Of a stretch of DNA of 64,000 bases, positions 54,968-63,777 are shown piece by piece. The position numbers were made by a program, and so were the translations under genes. The stretch's first letter is position 1, and each line of letters begins with the position of its first letter. Origin of the DNA: a bacterium (GTDB taxonomy: Bacteria > Hinthialibacterota > Hinthialibacteria > Hinthialibacterales > Hinthialibacteraceae); the NCBI GenBank assembly GCA_963662285.2, contig CAXXMV010000001.1, forward strand, positions 192,001-256,000, given 5' to 3'. A model generated the notes under the pieces. It worked only from the letters and a program-made list of their open reading frames with translations. It had not been told where the DNA came from and did not search any database.

Positions 54968-56860
54968 TTATTGGCGTTTTTGGCGTAGGAGTTCCGAAAA
55001 CTTGGCGTAGAACGCTTTGGGGAGTTCCGGTAGGTTTTGAACGACGACATGTTCTTTGAAGAATCGCTTGACGTATTCAGTCTGGATGCCGATCGCCACG
55101 CACTCGATTCCCGCCTTCTCGCATTTCAGCAGGTTGTCTTCGAGATGCCGGATGACGGTTTGCAGCATGGTTGGATTGCCGCTGTAGGGCTCGCCATCGG
55201 TCAGGATCAGGATGATCTTTCTGGTCTCTTTTCTTATGACGATCCGCTTAGCAGTAAAAAGGATGGCGTCATCGATGGGGGTGTACTCTAGGGCGTTCAT
55301 GGAGGGAATGCGCGGTTTGAGTAACCGGAACGGTTCATCGAACGCCTTGAAAATGGAATAGACGCACGGGAATATCCTGGCATAGAGTTTGGAGAGTTCC
55401 TGTATATCCATGCCGGTTTCTTTTTGCAACCTGGGAAACGTCCGCTTAGCCGGTTCGGTTGTAAAGCCGATTACCTCCGAGGGGACGCGCAGCTGGTTGA
55501 GCGTTTCGGCGAACAGTATGGCGACCTGGCGGGCGAGTTGAATCCGGGCTCCGTTCATCGATCCGGAAAGATCGATAAGCAGCGACACGGCTACGGAGTC
55601 CGATTCACATTCCTTGATCTGCCGAAATACCTTGTTCGATCCTTGGTTGAGCAGAGCGTAGAGTCTTTTGCAATTGATCTGGCCTTCTTCCTGCTCGCTC
55701 ACCCAGAATCGGGTATCTCGGGATCGCAACGTGCGTATCAATTGTTGCCGAAGAGATCCAACATGGGGCCGAACGGCGTTACTCAGGTTCTGAAAGGTCT
55801 CACCGTTATCCCGCATTGGCGGTACAACGACTTTGTCCAGCGATGGATCGTATACCCGGTAGGGGCGATTGACGCTCTGACTCAGTTCATCCTGGAGATG
55901 GTCCTTGATGTTTTGCTGGAGCTCGAATGGATGCCCGTTTGACGTGTATTGCCCTGAAAACGCCTGGTCCATGGCGCTTTGATTCTGATCTCCAGAGTTG
56001 CCTGGTTGATTGCTGTTCGAGCTCGAATCGGCGCTTTCCGATACATCTTCATGCTGATCTCCAGGATTTTCAGAAATATCTGGTTTATTCTCAGAATCAT
56101 CTGCTTTATCACCAGAATCATTATCTTCACTCGGTGTATCGTTTTGTGAGGATTGCTGGTTCTTACTGGGATTTTGTTGATCGTCATCACCGGAATTGGA
56201 TTGCGACGATGAATCCGGCTTTCCTTGTGAATAATTTGAAGGTTGTTGATCGCTGGATGGCTGATCTGCTTGTTCTGCCTGATGCTTTAGACGTTTTAAA
56301 ATACCCTCCGCCATATTGCAGGCTTCATCGGTCGTATTGAGGGATTTAAATTGCTCCGCTTCACGGCTGAACTGTTTCACTAATAGGCAGGCGTCTTGGC
56401 CATACTGATCGTAGGAAATATCCATTCCGGCCAGGAAAAGAGCACAGAGGAACCGAACGGGCAATGGCATTTGATCGATTGGGTGTTTCTCAGTTATCTT
56501 ATCAATGCTGTGCATGATGTTTTGCCGCGAGCCGGGGTATTCTTTCTGCATGGCGTAATTGACGCGGACGTCTTCGATGACATTGAGCAGATCAAATCCA
56601 AATTCGCCCCATTTCTGCTTGAATCCTTTCATGCGGCCATTGAAGTCGCTGTATAGGATATGGGCGGTCTCGTGATCGAGCTCGCCGCGAATCAGTGTCC
56701 AAAGCGACTCCGAAATGCTATCCGGAAGCGCCGGCAGCCAGATGGTGCGGCCATCGGTCTTGCATTCATTGGCTTTGCATCGAACGGTGATGTTGTATTT
56801 ATGGGACAATATCCGCCCGACGCGCTCCAAGGTTGTTTCTAAGCCATTGAGATTTCTCAT
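54968..56860 (-). CDS. CobT-like protein (HExxH N-domain, acidic linker, VWA domain)
   Basis: DHETAH, NVIEDVR, DLSGSM (MIDAS), LTDGEP. Confidence 0.85.
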   Translation of the reverse strand: MRNLNGLETTLERVGRILSHKYNITVRCKANECKTDGRTIWLPALPDSISESLWTLIRGELDHETAHILYSDFNGRMKGFKQKWGEFGFDLLNVIEDVRVNYAMQKEYPGSRQNIMHSIDKITEKHPIDQMPLPVRFLCALFLAGMDISYDQYGQDACLLVKQFSREAEQFKSLNTTDEACNMAEGILKRLKHQAEQADQPSSDQQPSNYSQGKPDSSSQSNSGDDDQQNPSKNQQSSQNDTPSEDNDSGDKADDSENKPDISENPGDQHEDVSESADSSSNSNQPGNSGDQNQSAMDQAFSGQYTSNGHPFELQQNIKDHLQDELSQSVNRPYRVYDPSLDKVVVPPMRDNGETFQNLSNAVRPHVGSLRQQLIRTLRSRDTRFWVSEQEEGQINCKRLYALLNQGSNKVFRQIKECESDSVAVSLLIDLSGSMNGARIQLARQVAILFAETLNQLRVPSEVIGFTTEPAKRTFPRLQKETGMDIQELSKLYARIFPCVYSIFKAFDEPFRLLKPRIPSMNALEYTPIDDAILFTAKRIVIRKETRKIILILTDGEPYSGNPTMLQTVIRHLEDNLLKCEKAGIECVAIGIQTEYVKRFFKEHVVVQNLPELPKAFYAKFSELLRQKRQ

Positions 56861-57954
56861 GATTGATTGGCTCCTTTCGGTGGATTTGAGCTCATCAGGT
56901 CTCCCAGATGCCGCTGGGCAATCTCTTGGACTACTCGCCGGTCATCCCGAGAGAGTTTGTTGAGAACGGTGAGTTCAAGAGCTTTTGCGAGGTTGCCGAG
57001 GTGATCGTATTTCCTGGCGAATGCGAGTAATCGTCTTGTGGAAAAACTGCAATAACACTCCTCGCGCTCCGCCGCTTCTCTTACCTGGCGTGCACATTTA
57101 ACGAACCGACGTATTTCGGTCTTTTTGAGTTTGGATATTTTCTTGGCCAGAATTTCGGTTTCGGTCTTCTCATCCGGGTAATCCAAGTAAATAACCGTTG
57201 CAAACCGGTACTTGAAAGCCTCATTGAGGATTTGTGTTCCGGTATAGAGCCCGGATTCATCCCCGTTGCCGATGGTATTGGCGGTGGCGATGATGCGAAA
57301 ATCGGGATGGGGAGCTACGACCTCTCCGTCCTTTTCGAGGAGCACCAATTTACCGCATTCTTCGAGTACGCTTTGAAGTACGAACAGGATTTGCGGTAAT
57401 GCGGCATCGATCTCATCGAGAAGCAACCAATCGCCGTTTTTCATGGCGGTTGGCAGGATGCCTTCGCTGTAGACCATCTCTTTTCCGCGCACCGTCCAGC
57501 GGCCCAGGAAATCAGACACCGTGGTTTCACCATTCAGGTTGCAGCGGCGTAAGGGGGTATTGGACTGGGCAGCGAGCTGCATGACCAGGGAGGATTTCCC
57601 CGTGCCAGTCGCTCCGACGATCATGACGTGTTCTTTATGATTGATGGATTGGATCAGATAGGCTGCTTCGGGAGGGAATTGATAGTGCAGATCGAGGTTA
57701 GGCACTATGGGGCTGGCCCCATTTCTTTTTCTCAGAACCGCATCGTGAATGCGAAATTCTTCGCTGGCTTGAACCGGCGTTCGTGTGACGGTTTTTCCGG
57801 ATTGGATCTGGCTGAGCAGTTCAGGAGCAACCAATGGCGCGCCTGGATACTGAGTCAGGTACTCTTGAGCTGCAAGATTGTGTTGTTCACCAAGGTGGCC
57901 ATACAAGGCGCCTTGGATCGATTCTCCACAGAGTTGACAGGTAACAGTGTTCAT
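56857..57954 (-). CDS. CobS-like MoxR AAA+ ATPase with N-terminal C2H2-like finger
   Basis: CQLC...HL...H; GATGTGKS, LLDEID, FRIIATAN, STRRL. Confidence 0.88.
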   Translation of the reverse strand: MNTVTCQLCGESIQGALYGHLGEQHNLAAQEYLTQYPGAPLVAPELLSQIQSGKTVTRTPVQASEEFRIHDAVLRKRNGASPIVPNLDLHYQFPPEAAYLIQSINHKEHVMIVGATGTGKSSLVMQLAAQSNTPLRRCNLNGETTVSDFLGRWTVRGKEMVYSEGILPTAMKNGDWLLLDEIDAALPQILFVLQSVLEECGKLVLLEKDGEVVAPHPDFRIIATANTIGNGDESGLYTGTQILNEAFKYRFATVIYLDYPDEKTETEILAKKISKLKKTEIRRFVKCARQVREAAEREECYCSFSTRRLLAFARKYDHLGNLAKALELTVLNKLSRDDRRVVQEIAQRHLGDLMSSNPPKGANQS

Positions 57955-58058
57955 AACGATATTCCTTTCTTTAAAATAAAAAATCCCGGCCAGTGCCGGG
58001 TTCGTACTAACTTGTGGGCGTAATGCCCTATGTCTTGTTTTCGATGAGCGGTTTCAGA

Positions 58059-58295
58059 TCATGTGATCTGAATTCCCGGATCGGAAAAATCCCGTTCGCA
58101 TTGTTTGCAGTAGAGATACTCCGATACTGGATCGATGCCGTCATCAACGGTTTCGATTTCCTCTTCCGCCCAGATCAAGCCTTGTTCGTCTTGATAGAGA
58201 TTTCGGTAGAGGCTGGAGGGAAGCACGACGCAGAGCTGAATTCGCTTTACGTCTTGGTTCCCACAATGCGGGCATTGGATTTCTTTGATACACAT
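58059..58295 (-). CDS. Small zinc-ribbon protein
   Basis: CPHC...CKQC. Confidence 0.55.
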   Translation of the reverse strand: MCIKEIQCPHCGNQDVKRIQLCVVLPSSLYRNLYQDEQGLIWAEEEIETVDDGIDPVSEYLYCKQCERDFSDPGIQIT

Positions 58296-58355
58296 GGCGT
58301 TGTTCCTTTCTTTACGTTGAATGGATAAATCTTGAGGTTTTTAGGTGGGATGGAC

Positions 58356-58778
58356 TTACTGGTTATTCCAGATGGCGACAACACAGGGATTGCCTTCATC
58401 ATCCGGTTCGGTTTCTTTGAGGAGTTCTTCCTCGGTGAGGTTGTCGATATCGTAATCCCTTACGCGGATCGTTATTCCATCGGGAATGTGTTGGATATCC
58501 TGAATGACGCCGCCGCGAACGATAACGGTTATCGGCTCAAATTCTTGGACAAATATCTTCTTGATGGCTCTACCGCCAATCATTGCTATGCCTTCAGATT
58601 GCAAGGAGGCAATGATTTCCTGCTTGTCTTCTTCATCATAAACGTAGAACTCTGCGAGCTCGCGAAACGCTTGCTCTCGCTCGTTACCGCTTTTAGCGTT
58701 GAATACGAACGAATCCAGATATTCATGCTCTCCATCGACGATGGTGTATTGAACTTGCATTGGTTTTGTTTGGTTCAT
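58356..58778 (-). CDS. Acidic hypothetical protein
   Basis: GAGGTGA RBS; VRGGVIQD...VRDYD motif. Confidence 0.55.
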   Translation of the reverse strand: MNQTKPMQVQYTIVDGEHEYLDSFVFNAKSGNEREQAFRELAEFYVYDEEDKQEIIASLQSEGIAMIGGRAIKKIFVQEFEPITVIVRGGVIQDIQHIPDGITIRVRDYDIDNLTEEELLKETEPDDEGNPCVVAIWNNQ

Positions 58779-58792
58779 GGTTTCATCACCTC

Positions 58793-59044
58793 TTAGTAAT
58801 CGCTAGGAAAGAGGATCGTGAATAGGTCAGATCCTTGAGGCCCAGCGCCCTCATCCAATATTCCCCATAGAGTTTTTTCCCCGATTTCAACCGACCACAA
58901 ATTAGGGTTATCCGGATCGGGTGTTTTCATTTTCTCCATGAGTTCGGTGAAAGCCGCATAGATCTCCTCGGGAGTCAATTCGCTTTTGACATGTTGTGTG
59001 ATTACCGTGTGCATTTTGTTTCTTTGGTTTGCTGGTTGAATCAT
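58793..59044 (-). CDS. Small plasmid/ICE-type protein ending TILFPSDY
   Basis: GGAGGT RBS; C-terminal T-I-L-x-P-x-D/E-Y motif. Confidence 0.55.
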   Translation of the reverse strand: MIQPANQRNKMHTVITQHVKSELTPEEIYAAFTELMEKMKTPDPDNPNLWSVEIGEKTLWGILDEGAGPQGSDLFTILFPSDY

Positions 59045-59326
59045 GGTATTACCTCCAAATTTTTTATTGCATGGACCGACAGGTCAGAATTTTCCTGGCG
59101 AGTCCAAGCTGATTGGTTGATACAAAAAAAGCCCGACAGTATTGGGCCGATCTATTCAAAACAGGCGTTTCCGCCTTTGAGAATCCTGATTCCGCTTTAT
59201 GGGATTGTTTTTTGAGTCGGATAGAGAATTCGAACTATTAAAAGCTCGGGTCAGATTCCAGATCGTCTGGAATAGATGGGGTTAGGTGCTGAAATCACCG
59301 GAAACAGACTTGCGCCCGTATCCGGC

Positions 59327-61384
59327 TCATTCAGCGGTGGGTTTTTGTTCTGGAAAGGATGCCTTGCGGCATGGATCACTTTCCGATTTTTTATGTCTTA
59401 TAACATCGGCGCAATGTCCGATGAATATGTTTGGATGTTCGGCTTGTAGTTTGGTAAGCCTTGCATGAATGTGATAGGTCGCTTCCGCATCAGTTCCGAG
59501 TACGTATATTCGCTCGTATCCTGCTTCCAAATTTTTCGAAACATTCTTTATATAATCGGATTTTGCGGACTCGATTTCGACGGGTATCTTTTCATTGTCT
59601 TTCATGATCATGAGATCGACATAATTCCCCGATGGTAATTGGTATTCTGGGATGACAGTGTATCCCTGTTTTTGAAAGTACTCCTTGACTTTGCTTCGCC
59701 AGTACTCATGAACCAGTCCGGGATTCCTTTTTGCATTTTGTTTTGAATCATTGACATCAAGCAAAACCACCTTGCCCTGATGGGTCAGTATATCAACAGG
59801 CTTGATGATGCCTCTTGCTTGCAATTCTTCTTTAATTAAATTTCCTTTTCTTCTACTTAGCGATAGTCGCTTGTACCTTTGTACTACTCCAGTTAGTGGA
59901 TTTTTCCGCACATCCTCTAGAAAAGCCTTTTCCATCTCCGATAAAGGCTTTTCCCATGCCTTTCTATCACTTGGCGATTCCTGCGAAACCGGTATGGAAA
60001 CGCCTTCAAAGGTCTGATTCTGGCTGGAATGGCCGGAATAGGCCTGCATATAGTCTTGGATGAACTGATCAGTTATGACTTTGTGTTTTTGCATGATGTG
60101 GGGAACAACGATCAAAAATGGTTTGGTCCAACGGCCTTGCAATTTGACAATCGCTTGCCCCACCTCTAACCGGTTGAGATATTGTTTCTGTTCTCCATCG
60201 AACATGAGATAGGATGACGATGCATTGACGTCTTCACGTGATTTGAGATTCATTGAAAAGGTGCAATACGTATTTCCAATTGCTTGTAATGAGGTTTGCG
60301 AGGGGTGCTGATCCACCAAAACGATTGCCTCACCCAGTTCACGAATTTCACGCAGGAGTAGATCGGTTGTACCTTCGCTACTCCCCGTGGTTTGCTTTTT
60401 GAGTAAGTGATGTGCTTCTTCGATGAATATGGCGTGGCGAAACTCGTCACGGGTTTCGTTTTTGGCTAGGCGGTAATGGTGAATCCACAAAAGTAGAGAT
60501 TCAATGAAGAATATCTTATCCGTTGAGGTCAGGGAATCGAGTTCCAGGATCACCGGTTTGTCCAAGATATCCGCCACAGAAGCGTTCGATTGCGTGGTGA
60601 GAACTTCACCCATTGCACCAAACGATAAGGCGGAAAGGGCACGTTGGGTGGATGCCATCCAGTTAGCCGCTCTCCCCTTAACGCTCATGTCTTGAATGAC
60701 TTGTACGAGATCTTGCATGGTGGGATACTGCTCGACATCGCCCGCATAAACGCCGCTTTCACGGTAGAGTTTATCGAGTCCCTGCTGGAGTAAAAACATG
60801 ACGCCCTCGCCAACGAATGTGGCTTTAGCCAAAATTTCAATCAGTTTTTTGAGCCATGCTGTTGGTTCGGTTTTTGGGGGAGGGATGAAGGGATTGAAGT
60901 GGAATGGAACAAGGTTGTTTCCAACCGTGTAGATCATTACGGGGAAATCACTGTTTTCTGTGATAATGCTGCGGTAATTGCGTTTCCAGTCAAAGATCAA
61001 AAACGGCTTTTTCTTTTGCAGCAAGTTGGCGATTAGCATGTAGACAAGGTTTGTTTTGCCACTACCGCTCCTTCCGAATACAGCCAGATGCTGCACCCAT
61101 TCTTTCTCCCGTAAACCAAACTCATCCCGTATTTGTCCATTGTATAAAACGCATCCCACGGGATACTCACCCTGGATCAAATCATTGGGTGGCGGCGGCA
61201 ATAAGATTCCTTCGTCATCAACTCGACGGCGAAGTGATTCAATGTACAGTTGCTCCACCATGCTCTCAATTTCACGCTTGCCTTCTGCATCCTCGATCTT
61301 ATACGCTCTCCAAAGTCGATCAATAATTTCTCCATAGATAGGTTTGAGGGCTTTCAAAGTTTCTTCATTGAGGATAACGATCAC
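59327..61384 (-). CDS. HerA/VirD4-like ATPase fused to wHTH and PD-(D/E)xK-like domain (second copy)
   Basis: HLAVFGRSGSGKT, IFDWK, IEEAH, REIRELG..DQ; C-terminal HEYW...VDL...VEIESAKS. Confidence 0.8.
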   Translation of the reverse strand: MIVILNEETLKALKPIYGEIIDRLWRAYKIEDAEGKREIESMVEQLYIESLRRRVDDEGILLPPPPNDLIQGEYPVGCVLYNGQIRDEFGLREKEWVQHLAVFGRSGSGKTNLVYMLIANLLQKKKPFLIFDWKRNYRSIITENSDFPVMIYTVGNNLVPFHFNPFIPPPKTEPTAWLKKLIEILAKATFVGEGVMFLLQQGLDKLYRESGVYAGDVEQYPTMQDLVQVIQDMSVKGRAANWMASTQRALSALSFGAMGEVLTTQSNASVADILDKPVILELDSLTSTDKIFFIESLLLWIHHYRLAKNETRDEFRHAIFIEEAHHLLKKQTTGSSEGTTDLLLREIRELGEAIVLVDQHPSQTSLQAIGNTYCTFSMNLKSREDVNASSSYLMFDGEQKQYLNRLEVGQAIVKLQGRWTKPFLIVVPHIMQKHKVITDQFIQDYMQAYSGHSSQNQTFEGVSIPVSQESPSDRKAWEKPLSEMEKAFLEDVRKNPLTGVVQRYKRLSLSRRKGNLIKEELQARGIIKPVDILTHQGKVVLLDVNDSKQNAKRNPGLVHEYWRSKVKEYFQKQGYTVIPEYQLPSGNYVDLMIMKDNEKIPVEIESAKSDYIKNVSKNLEAGYERIYVLGTDAEATYHIHARLTKLQAEHPNIFIGHCADVIRHKKSESDPCRKASFPEQKPTAE

Positions 61385-61386
61385 CT

Positions 61387-61860
61387 TTAAGGTATACGTG
61401 ACTGTAAAACATAAGGTTCTATTAATGCATTACGCCGTTTCACCGATTCTGCCGATTCCATATTGGAAAGAAGGTCTTTCGAGAGATTGTGAACATCCTG
61501 CCAAAACGACAATTGCCCTTGACGATCCTCACGTGATAAAGCAATTAGGTTTTGTTCCAAACTCCATCGCATTGAATCCCTGGCCTGATTAATCCCAAAC
61601 GGCTCATCATCGAACTGAATTAGATGATTGCGAACACGCTGTACATCATATTGTCGTGAACGGGATTGTTCCCTTTCAAGAGAAACTCTTGTTAAAAGAG
61701 CCTTAGCCGTATGGTCCAATAAGCGATCAGACTGACCGATTTTCTCATGATGAAGAATACTTAAGGGATCGAAATCACTTTTTGGATATGAGTGTTGCTG
61801 TTCTGTTTTTGCTGGAAGGGATATATTCATATACCAAGGAGGGTTGGAGGAGTTTTCCAT
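61387..61860 (-). CDS. Hypothetical coiled-coil protein
   Basis: ORF ends 2 bp before the ATPase start. Confidence 0.5.
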   Translation of the reverse strand: MENSSNPPWYMNISLPAKTEQQHSYPKSDFDPLSILHHEKIGQSDRLLDHTAKALLTRVSLEREQSRSRQYDVQRVRNHLIQFDDEPFGINQARDSMRWSLEQNLIALSREDRQGQLSFWQDVHNLSKDLLSNMESAESVKRRNALIEPYVLQSRIP

Positions 61861-61917
61861 TACTTATCACCACTGATAAGTAATAGTTCTACTCCTATAT
61901 AAATGTTTCGAAAAAAA

Positions 61918-62181
61918 TTAAGACTCAAACTCACTGCTGAAATTTTTTTTCTCGGTATCGACCTGTGTCAGATACATGTATGCACTTTGCAAGGCGGCAA
62001 TCATTTTGGGTATTTCATTGATGTCCAAACTATTGGAATTTTTCCACTCATCTCCATCCTTATAACGCTTTGCGAAGTTTACTTTCTTGATTACATAGTT
62101 TTTTTCATTTTTATTGACCGTGTTGGCAAAAATTGCACAACGGCATGTTCCATGCTGGAATACTTTTTCTGGACTTGTCAT
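61918..62181 (-). CDS. PC4-like putative ssDNA-binding protein, paralog 3
   Basis: PEKVFQHGTCRCAIFAN...FAKRYKDGDEWKNSNSL...EIPK. Confidence 0.6.
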   Translation of the reverse strand: MTSPEKVFQHGTCRCAIFANTVNKNEKNYVIKKVNFAKRYKDGDEWKNSNSLDINEIPKMIAALQSAYMYLTQVDTEKKNFSSEFES

Positions 62182-62351
62182 TTCATATCACCTCATATGG
62201 TTTTTGTTACTTATATAACAGGAACAAAAACCAGAGTAAACTTAATTGTTCATAAAAATGTTTAGGTTAAAGAGCAAAGAAATAATGCCGTAATAAAAAA
62301 AGAAAAAAGCAGAATGGATAATATATGAAGACTGATCATTTGAAATAGAAT

Positions 62352-62957
62352 TCATTGGATAGAATTGAGGGATGAATTTCCTGGAATTTCAATAAGAATA
62401 TCACCAACACTATGAAGTCCATTTGAAGAGTCGTAGATCATTCCTTGATATACAATGGTGCTTTTTGGCGGTTCTAAAAGTTGATCGGGACCTCGGCTTA
62501 CTAAAATGCAACCGGGAGTTTTTATTTGCTTATTTCGGATTAATGAGAATAACTCAGATTTTCTTATCGATTCAAAACAGGTTGTTCCTTCATAGTAGTC
62601 GATAAAAGGATCGATAAAGGCGTTTTGGGTCATATTCAATCCAAAACTATATCGGAAAAAATAACGGGCTTGGCAATCATTCCTGAGGGATATAGAAACA
62701 TCTTTTCCTTTCGATGAATCATAACGAATGTCTTCCGGATAAATTTGATGGTCTGCGTAAAACCGCATGTACTCGTAGGAAATTGTCTTGCTTTTCATAA
62801 AAACAGTGGAGAGATTTGCTCGAATCAGAGCGTGTTGTAAACAAGGGTAAGAGATCAAGGCAAGCGTAGATAGAATCGCGATCGAAATCAACAATTCATT
62901 CAACGTAAACGCGTTGTTTTGTTTTCCGTATGCTGTTGTTTGATCCAGGCTTTCCAT
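62352..62957 (-). CDS. Prepilin-type N-terminal cleavage/methylation protein
   Basis: AFTLNELLISIAIL; SRGPD; YDSSNGLHSVGDI. Confidence 0.8.
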   Translation of the reverse strand: MESLDQTTAYGKQNNAFTLNELLISIAILSTLALISYPCLQHALIRANLSTVFMKSKTISYEYMRFYADHQIYPEDIRYDSSKGKDVSISLRNDCQARYFFRYSFGLNMTQNAFIDPFIDYYEGTTCFESIRKSELFSLIRNKQIKTPGCILVSRGPDQLLEPPKSTIVYQGMIYDSSNGLHSVGDILIEIPGNSSLNSIQ

Positions 62958-63027
62958 GTATCACACACCAAGAAATAAGTTAATTTACCACCTTATTCCC
63001 TTTAGTGTCAACATGAAAATCCGTTTG

Positions 63028-63777
63028 TCAATTAGTATTAAACGCTTTTGTCCATGGGGTGTAAGCCGTATCGGGCCACCATTGGCGATGGGGAGTTGTC
63101 ATGGATTTATCTTCTATCGCATTCGAATTAATGTCAGCTTCATACCCGGATTCGATAATCCGTTCAACATTATTCAAGGATACAGCAACGGAACCATCAA
63201 AGACTTGGATATTGTTTTTATCGGGTGAAACTTCTAAGTCGAAGATCGTTCCGATCGGCTGGATAATCCCCAATGGCGTGTGAAAAGATATTTCAGAGGA
63301 GCCGTTCCCTGAATGATTATAATGTAGACGGCCTTTAGAGACAGAGATTCTTTTTCTGGAATCGTAAGTAATACGGCTCTGTTTATCGAGAATGATGAAT
63401 GTTGTATCTGAAAGAGATAATTTGACTTGATTCTCCATCGTTTCCAGAGTATCACCTAGAGAAAAACGCTTGTTATTCTCTCCTAAAACTCCCGCGCGGC
63501 CATTTAAGTCAATTTCTCCATTTCCAGCCAATAAATGGATTTCACCGCTCGAATTGGGATAAATATATAGAAACCATCCTGCAGTGAGCAGTATAATGAG
63601 AAAAGAAGCCAATACAGCCGTTCGTCTCATCCAATAGTGGTTGCTATTCAACGAATTGGAACCGCGTATTTTTCTTAGAACGTACATTTCTAAATCTCTT
63701 GAAGAGATTTTATTGCTTAATTCTTCAGGCAATTGATTTTTTAAAAAATCATCCACATCGGGAGGGAGATTATTCAT
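63028..63777 (-). CDS. FecR-domain anti-sigma factor
   Basis: TM with AVLAS; TPLG...GTIFD...VFDGSV; coupled to the sigma factor. Confidence 0.8.
   Translation of the reverse strand: MNNLPPDVDDFLKNQLPEELSNKISSRDLEMYVLRKIRGSNSLNSNHYWMRRTAVLASFLIILLTAGWFLYIYPNSSGEIHLLAGNGEIDLNGRAGVLGENNKRFSLGDTLETMENQVKLSLSDTTFIILDKQSRITYDSRKRISVSKGRLHYNHSGNGSSEISFHTPLGIIQPIGTIFDLEVSPDKNNIQVFDGSVAVSLNNVERIIESGYEADINSNAIEDKSMTTPHRQWWPDTAYTPWTKAFNTN

Larger units (their letters stand above)
13569..62300. mobile_element. Integrative genomic island (possibly composite); right boundary not determined
   Basis: att fragment, integrase/excisionase, mobilome and defence cargo. A matching full tRNA-Gly was not seen in the window, so the island may extend past 64 kb. 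Confidence 0.7.

Noticed and set aside
55960-56290. Tandem repeat in the CobT-like gene
   Set aside because: Low-complexity S/D/N/Q linker with no regular repeat unit.
54968-57954. Cobalamin biosynthesis (cobST)
   Set aside because: No cobN or other cob genes nearby; mobile-element context and extra domains.
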